This document shows, piece after piece, positions 58,361 through 64,000 of a stretch of 64,000 nt of DNA (the first letter of the stretch is position 1; each line of letters opens with the position of its first letter). The position numbers and the translations under genes were made by a program. This stretch comes from an uncultured Candidatus Saccharimonadales bacterium. Its GTDB lineage: Bacteria; Patescibacteriota; Saccharimonadia; UBA4664. Below the pieces are notes generated by a model that did no database searches, had not been told where the DNA came from, and was given only the letters and a program-made list of their open reading frames with translations. The stretch is taken from positions 19,906 to 83,905 of the forward strand of contig CAYXSN010000004.1 of NCBI GenBank assembly GCA_964467655.1. The letters run 5' to 3'.

Positions 58361-58476
58361 GGTACCTCCCGTTGCCTGGTGACTGACGTGTGAAGTAAGT
58401 GTAGCAAATACGGGTCCAGATGGCGCGGTGCGGGTGGTCGTTGTACGCCCATAGTTGCTCAGGTTAAGCTGTCATT

Positions 58477-59469
58477 ATGACTTCCCCGGAATCAAAATCG
58501 TCGATGCGGCCGGCAGCTGAGCTGGAGTTTACGGCTGATCATCAACAGGAGCTGATGGAAATCTTGCGGGCCGAGAAAGGCCCTGAGCCGGAGCGGATCG
58601 AATTGCGCGAGCGGGTCGGCATCGTGAGGTATAAGCCCGAATTTCCACGGGCTGATGAATCAACCAACAATTCCACTGAGCCGGCCATCCCTTTGGTGTT
58701 TATTCGTGGTATGGGTGATTCGGCGGCCGATGAATGGTACTTGGAAACGCTGGCCCGCATGGAGCAACGGGAAGTGATTGGCGTGGTCTATGACGGGCGG
58801 CTTCAAGGTAAAGCCCGCCGGGCCGAGGTCGAGGATTTGGCAGGGACGATTTCGGAGCTAGATGTTACTGAAGCAGTGGATGTGGCGGCCGTTCTGGCAA
58901 AACTAGGTATCACGCGGGTGGATTTGGCAGCAGAGTCACGCGGCGCGCAAGCAGCAATTATGCTCATGCGCGACCATCCCGAGCTGGTACGCAACGCGAC
59001 ATTGGAACATCCGGGTGGTTTGAACCGCCGGACTCCGCGGCAGCGGTACGTTGACGCGGCCCGCGAAGGCATTGCGCGGGCTTACCGAACTATGCGTTCC
59101 GGCCAAAAACGTCGTCCGTCTGAAGCTGCCGGAGCGGACCATGACGAAGGTATGCTGCTACGGTTGCGCAATAGCCACACCGAGCAACTCACGGTGGCCA
59201 GGGCACGCCTTGAGGAAGAGTTTGCCCAGTTGAGCCCTGACATCCATGTGGTCGTGACGGGCGACCGAGACGACAAGGCCTTCCGGTCGGAGGATTTGGC
59301 CGAAACGGTGCGCATAGCCCAAGCTGCCGGGGCGCAGGTGGAGTATGAAGAGACGAACTGGGGCGGCCACGGGCTGCACTATGATGAGCAGTCGATACAC
59401 GAGATGGTAGGCAGGCTGCGGCGGCTGGAACGCGGCCGAGCCGGATTGGCGGACGGTGATATCGAATGA
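58477..59469 (+). CDS. Alpha/beta hydrolase-fold protein
   Basis: FIRG, AESRG, GDRD, GH. Confidence 0.75.
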   Translation: MTSPESKSSMRPAAELEFTADHQQELMEILRAEKGPEPERIELRERVGIVRYKPEFPRADESTNNSTEPAIPLVFIRGMGDSAADEWYLETLARMEQREVIGVVYDGRLQGKARRAEVEDLAGTISELDVTEAVDVAAVLAKLGITRVDLAAESRGAQAAIMLMRDHPELVRNATLEHPGGLNRRTPRQRYVDAAREGIARAYRTMRSGQKRRPSEAAGADHDEGMLLRLRNSHTEQLTVARARLEEEFAQLSPDIHVVVTGDRDDKAFRSEDLAETVRIAQAAGAQVEYEETNWGGHGLHYDEQSIHEMVGRLRRLERGRAGLADGDIE

Positions 59470-59539
59470 TCGAGACACCATGGCAGCGCAAACCCCGCCG
59501 TCAAACGTGGTACAACTAACGTACAACTACTATGAGGCA

Positions 59540-59929
59540 ATGATGAAACGAGTAACCGGTATCGGCGGCATTATGTTTAAGGCCAAGGACCCCAAGGCGT
59601 TGGGGGCCTGGTACAAAGAGCATTTGGGTATTGACGTGCAATCGTGGGGCGGGGCGGCGTTTGAGTGGGTTGATGACGCCGGCAAGCCGGTGGGCGGTAC
59701 CACGGCGTGGTCGGTAGTGGCTCATGATGCTGAGGCGTTTGCGCCCAGCCAGGCTCCATTTATGGTGAATTACCGCGTGGCCGACCTCGATGGCTTGATT
59801 GCAGCGCTACAGGAAGAGGGCTGCGATGTTCTCGACAAACCTGAGGTCTCTGAATATGGCAAATTTGGCTGGGTGATTGACCCTGAAGGTAACAAGGTGG
59901 AGCTGTGGGAGCCGCCAGCGGGGAAATAG
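59540..59929 (+). CDS. VOC/glyoxalase family protein
   Basis: RVTGIGG, DPEGNKVELW. Confidence 0.93.
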   Translation: MMKRVTGIGGIMFKAKDPKALGAWYKEHLGIDVQSWGGAAFEWVDDAGKPVGGTTAWSVVAHDAEAFAPSQAPFMVNYRVADLDGLIAALQEEGCDVLDKPEVSEYGKFGWVIDPEGNKVELWEPPAGK

Positions 59930-60034
59930 CTAGACTGAATGTAGCTGCGAGACTTTGCTTGCTATTTAGCTACTTTTGTGCTATAAAAGTATATGTTGGA
60001 TATCGATCCACCCGCCGCACCTGAAGGGATCACC

Positions 60035-60325
60035 ATGAAGCTCGAACAAGTCTGGCTGTTCCTCATGAGTGCCGTGTACTTTATGGGGTACACGATCTGC
60101 ATGTTCATCGGCATTGGCTTTGCGCCATCCGAGACCATAAGGCAGCGTGGCTTCCCGACGGCCAGCCTGATTGCCGTCGGTGCAGCTCTGACTTACCTGG
60201 TGATGATCATTCTCATCACTCTCAGGCCGGAGCGCTATCCCAAGAAAGCAATCCTCATCTGCCTCATGCAGGTGACCGGTTGGAGCGCCTTGGCATTGGC
60301 CGCTCTCGGCTGCAGTGCCATCTGA
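60035..60325 (+). CDS. Small 3-TM membrane protein
   Basis: SD AAGGGA, downstream hairpin. Confidence 0.65.
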   Translation: MKLEQVWLFLMSAVYFMGYTICMFIGIGFAPSETIRQRGFPTASLIAVGAALTYLVMIILITLRPERYPKKAILICLMQVTGWSALALAALGCSAI

Positions 60326-60414
60326 CATTTCACTACTGTGGGAGGCTTTGCGCCACCGACGACTCGCCAACTGGCCTGTGGTCGGTGGCGTTTCGTCGTT
60401 TTATGGCATCAGCC

Positions 60415-61974
60415 TTACGGCTGAGCGGCCTTAAGCTCTTCCAGCTCCTTGAGCGCCTGCCTCAGGGTGGCTTCGAGTTTGTCTACTTTGGCTTTGGTGT
60501 CGGCGGCGGGAGTAGTGGGGGCGCCGGGCGCGGCTGGAGCTGGCTTGGCCGAGGCGGGTTTGAGGGTGGCGGTGGCAATGAATGAGTTAATTTCGTCGTC
60601 GCCGGTGGCGCAGGTAACTTGGTTGTCTTTGGCCTGCACGAAGCAGGTTTCGTTGATGCCCTTGGCTTCGGTGGTGGTCACCGACACCATCCAGTAGAGC
60701 TGGCCCTGGACAAAGACGGGCCGGGGTTCGATGGCGATGATATTACCTGAGCCTGATGACTGTTCGCTGCTGTCAACCCGCCAGTTGTATTGGGGGCGGG
60801 CCGATTTGACGTAGCCGATGGCCTGGGCGGCGCCGGTGAGGGCGGCGTCTTGGGGCACGCTGTAGAGCTGGTGGCGGCCAGTAATGGCATTGGTAATGAA
60901 GACTTTATAGATACCAAACGACTTGCCCCAGGGATCGGCGGCCGTCACCCAGGCTAGGCCGTTGGCTGTGGCCAGCATGTAGGGCTGGGAGTTGGTTTCG
61001 CCGGGCGGGTCGGAGATTTCGGTCTGATCAACGTGCCGGAACCATTTGTTGATAATGCCGTTCTTGTAAGCATACGACTCGTGCACAAACCGCACATAGC
61101 TTTCGGGATAGAGCCGGCCGGCAGCTACCACGGCCGGGTGGGTTTTGGCCCGCTCGAGATTTAACTCTTCGATGCTACCATCGGCGGCCACCACAAAGGC
61201 ACCGTCGACTATGGGATACCGTATAAACCAACCGCGATAGGAAATGATGGGCGCTACGGCAAAGACTTTGTCGTTTACCTTGGCGTAGTAGACTTCGGGC
61301 AGGTCAACCAGATAGCGTTGTTTGTAGAGCTGCCAGCGGATGTTGTCGGCGAGCTGGACGCCTTCTGAAAGCTTGAAGGCTTGCTCGGTGGTTTGAGAGC
61401 GGCGCTGGGTGGTGGTGGCATCCACAACTTGAACGCCGCGGGCCTGGTCGAACCACTGCCGCACTGGGCTATTGGGCACTAGAGCGGTCACCCAGCTAAA
61501 CTTACCGTCCCACAACTGAGGGTGCCAGGAGTAGGCCCGCTCGGTGGAGCGTTGGAGCGAGTCGGCACCAAACCGCTCGGCCACCGGTAGTGGCACCAGG
61601 CGGCTCTGCTGGTCGGCCGGCAGGGTGGCAGTATCTTCGAAGGTATAGGCCTTGTAGGCCTGGCGGTAGCGCAGATCTGAAGCTGCCGCTTTGTAAAAAG
61701 CCGAGCCGGTCAACAGCAGTGCCCCGATCACCAGGAGGACGGCGTAGCTTAAGACGTTGACGCGCTTGGGGCGGCCAAGTTTGGTGCGCATATAGGCCTT
61801 GGCATAGAGGACGGCGGCAGTAATAAAGGCGATGGCGGCGGCCGTCATGAGGACGGTGCCGAGCGGCTCGATCCAGATCGACATAACGTAGCCATGGAAC
61901 AGCGGCCGGACGTACCAGGCGATAGCGATCAGTGCAATGAGGGGCAGGAGGATGATGATTTTGGTACGGTTCAT
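60415..61974 (-). CDS. Membrane-anchored hypothetical protein
   Basis: Three N-terminal TMs, large soluble domain, coiled-coil tail. Confidence 0.75.
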   Translation of the reverse strand: MNRTKIIILLPLIALIAIAWYVRPLFHGYVMSIWIEPLGTVLMTAAAIAFITAAVLYAKAYMRTKLGRPKRVNVLSYAVLLVIGALLLTGSAFYKAAASDLRYRQAYKAYTFEDTATLPADQQSRLVPLPVAERFGADSLQRSTERAYSWHPQLWDGKFSWVTALVPNSPVRQWFDQARGVQVVDATTTQRRSQTTEQAFKLSEGVQLADNIRWQLYKQRYLVDLPEVYYAKVNDKVFAVAPIISYRGWFIRYPIVDGAFVVAADGSIEELNLERAKTHPAVVAAGRLYPESYVRFVHESYAYKNGIINKWFRHVDQTEISDPPGETNSQPYMLATANGLAWVTAADPWGKSFGIYKVFITNAITGRHQLYSVPQDAALTGAAQAIGYVKSARPQYNWRVDSSEQSSGSGNIIAIEPRPVFVQGQLYWMVSVTTTEAKGINETCFVQAKDNQVTCATGDDEINSFIATATLKPASAKPAPAAPGAPTTPAADTKAKVDKLEATLRQALKELEELKAAQP

Positions 61975-62015
61975 AGTGGGTTTATTCTATCACGAGCAGT
62001 GTTATAAGGTTTGGG

Positions 62016-62046
62016 CGCCCGCCAGGACATGAGTCCTGGCGGGCGC
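62016..62046. terminator. Hairpin terminator
   Basis: gcgcccgccaggac / gtcctggcgggcgc. Confidence 0.65.
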
Positions 62047-62092
62047 TGGCATGATCATCCACGGTGCCCTATCGGGTGCTCCATTTCTGGTA

Positions 62093-62383
62093 TCAGCTGT
62101 TTGAACACATTGTGGTGGTGCCGGGTAGATGATGCGAATAGAACTGCATGCTCCCTAAGTTGAACTTCACGCTGCGGCCACACTCAGCACAAATCCTTTT
62201 CTCGGTGCGCGGTAGCTGCCCGACCTCAATGGGAGGTAGTGGTCTGTCCGGAAACGCTGGACCCCGAAAGGTCACTGGATCACTTGGGCCACTCTGTGCG
62301 GGGCGGGTATCGGGCAACACGATTGCGCGACTGTGTATGGAGAACCGGCGCACACCACGGCGAGGTTTCGGCATAGATCCCAC
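62093..62383 (-). CDS. Small protein with C-terminal Zn-finger-like motif
   Basis: CAEC...H...C. Confidence 0.5.
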   Translation of the reverse strand: MGSMPKPRRGVRRFSIHSRAIVLPDTRPAQSGPSDPVTFRGPAFPDRPLPPIEVGQLPRTEKRICAECGRSVKFNLGSMQFYSHHLPGTTTMCSNS

Positions 62384-62508
62384 CTAACGTTGTCTGGAGA
62401 TATACAAGGACGAGCTGGCAAATTCACGACTCTTGTGTATTTATATACTAAAAATGGTTATTTTGCAAGTATGATCGGCTGTTGCCTCTAGGGCTCATCA
62501 GGACTTAC

Positions 62509-63009
62509 CTACCTGACCTCAAATATCTGGACCGGGCCGCGCCAACGAGCAGTGTTCAACACCGTCTCGCGATACTGGCCGTTGGTGACGCCATGAATGA
62601 CACTGCGCCAAAACTGGATGGCGGATTGGTTTGTTGCCATTTGCGCTACCTCCCACTTGCCGGGGAATTGGGCAAACGTTTGGGCGGCGACTTGCGCCCC
62701 TACCCCACCACGGCGGAACGCTGGAGCAATATAGAATTCTGCAATGGCATGAGCGTGAGGTTCAACAAGTGTGTGGGTATTGACGAGTACGAACCCGGCG
62801 ACTTCATGGCCGACCAGAATGAAGTACGCCGTCCGCTCGGGGTCGGTGAAGTAATGCGGTAAATATTTGTAGGTGGCAATATCGGCTTCGCTGTGGCCAC
62901 TGTATGGTAACAATTCGCTTTGGTAATCAGATAAAAGCTGGGATAAACGAGGCTCATCTGCTTTGGTAGCGGGTTTTAAACTTATGGCCGGGTTTTGCAT
63001 GTGTTTCAT
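62509..63009 (-). CDS. GNAT acetyltransferase
   Basis: EFYIAPAFRRGGVG, NQSAIQFW. Confidence 0.9.
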   Translation of the reverse strand: MKHMQNPAISLKPATKADEPRLSQLLSDYQSELLPYSGHSEADIATYKYLPHYFTDPERTAYFILVGHEVAGFVLVNTHTLVEPHAHAIAEFYIAPAFRRGGVGAQVAAQTFAQFPGKWEVAQMATNQSAIQFWRSVIHGVTNGQYRETVLNTARWRGPVQIFEVR

Positions 63010-63063
63010 TGTAGCGCGGATTTGGCCGGAACGAGCCTGGGAGGCTGTTGCTATACTTGGTGC

Positions 63064-63558
63064 ATGAAGAAACTTTTTACCGATGATGACGCGGCGGCCT
63101 TGGTTGATTGCGCGGTACAATTGTGCCGTACTACCACAACTGATGACAACAAGCCTAAACCGGTGGCCATTTGCTGCATCGCCTACCAGCCTGACGTGAT
63201 GGCAGTACCAACCGTTTCACGGAGGATGGACGGCGCCAAGGCACTAAGCGTGACCACTGCACTCCACAAAGCCTTTACCGTGTTGGCCTACAGAGCCGAT
63301 TCCATTAAGCACGCCAATAAGATAACGGATGGTTCGTGGTCTGAGGTAGATATGCTGTTTCGTCAGACGACGGCGCCGATGTTTTGCCCATGGGACGGCG
63401 GCATCATGGTAATGAACGACGAGGGGCAGCTGCTATGCGCCCTGGCCTGTGCCGGCCGCAGCTCCGAAGGCGACCGCCGTCTCATGGTGCTGGCCGCGCA
63501 TAAGATGGGTTATAAAACCAATTTTAATGAGCATGGGGAGCCAATTAAGGCAGGTTGA
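63064..63558 (+). CDS. GlcG/HbpS family heme-binding-like protein
   Basis: RMDGA, ALHKAFT, DGGIMV...AG. Confidence 0.8.
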   Translation: MKKLFTDDDAAALVDCAVQLCRTTTTDDNKPKPVAICCIAYQPDVMAVPTVSRRMDGAKALSVTTALHKAFTVLAYRADSIKHANKITDGSWSEVDMLFRQTTAPMFCPWDGGIMVMNDEGQLLCALACAGRSSEGDRRLMVLAAHKMGYKTNFNEHGEPIKAG

Positions 63559-63560
63559 CC

Positions 63561-64000
63561 TTAAGCATCAATCACGACGTTTTTGGCCAGCGTTTTGAAA
63601 CGTCCACCATCGGCTTGCACGACAGTAATGGTGACGGCGCCGGTTTTACTAGTTTTGATATCGGTGACGGTGCCGGATTTGCCGACGTGCGTCCCGTTCA
63701 CGACCCGGCACTGTGCGGCGGCGCGTACTGGATTGATCTGGTCAACAAATTCACCCAACGCCTGATTTATCTCGGCAATAACTTCTGGCCGGCGGCGGTA
63801 GATGTGGTCGGCATCGACTACGACGAGCTTTTTTGGCTCCGCCGCGGCATGGTAGGCCGCCTCGACGATCTCGGGCTTAACCGTTGTGTCTTGCCGGCCG
63901 GCAATGAATAACTTGGGCTTAGATAACTTGCATAGATCACCGAGCAGATTGTACTGCTGGGTATCTTCGACTACTGAATACGGGACGACAAAGTGCTGCT
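63561..64000 (-). CDS. Alpha/beta hydrolase C-terminus fused to a KOW-like domain (5' partial)
   Basis: PKLFIAGRQD...DADH followed in frame by VVNGTHVGKSGTV. Confidence 0.7.
   Translation of the reverse strand, partial: QHFVVPYSVVEDTQQYNLLGDLCKLSKPKLFIAGRQDTTVKPEIVEAAYHAAAEPKKLVVVDADHIYRRRPEVIAEINQALGEFVDQINPVRAAAQCRVVNGTHVGKSGTVTDIKTSKTGAVTITVVQADGGRFKTLAKNVVIDA

Noticed and set aside
56084-58452. Many antisense and alternative-frame ORFs here and throughout the track
   Set aside because: They shadow well-supported genes in GC-rich sequence.

Overview
Bacterial chromosomal segment. It is most consistent with a Patescibacteria/Saccharibacteria-type (CPR) genome, which is an inference from gene style: many leaderless genes, glycosyltransferase clusters, a class F sortase and many orphan ORFs. 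Contents in order: orphan membrane/secreted genes separated by long hairpins; a surface-glycan locus (Wzx, GT2, GT4, large GT-C-type protein) split by a ~6.5 kb orphan island with nested direct repeats; an MFS transporter; tRNA-Glu(TTC) followed by an array of single genes bounded by repeated tRNA-3'-end, terminator and promoter modules; an archaeal-type ThrRS with a Thr-codon leader-peptide attenuator; a LuxI-like synthase plus membrane histidine kinase, response regulators, PlsC-like and EgtD-like genes; folD; a ~600 nt highly structured intergenic RNA candidate; cydAB; pyrD; sortase with lectin substrate; a Fic gene; class II UvrA; and assorted small enzymes. No integrase, transposase, rRNA or CRISPR array was seen. 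All calls are by eye from motifs and base pairing; no searches were run.
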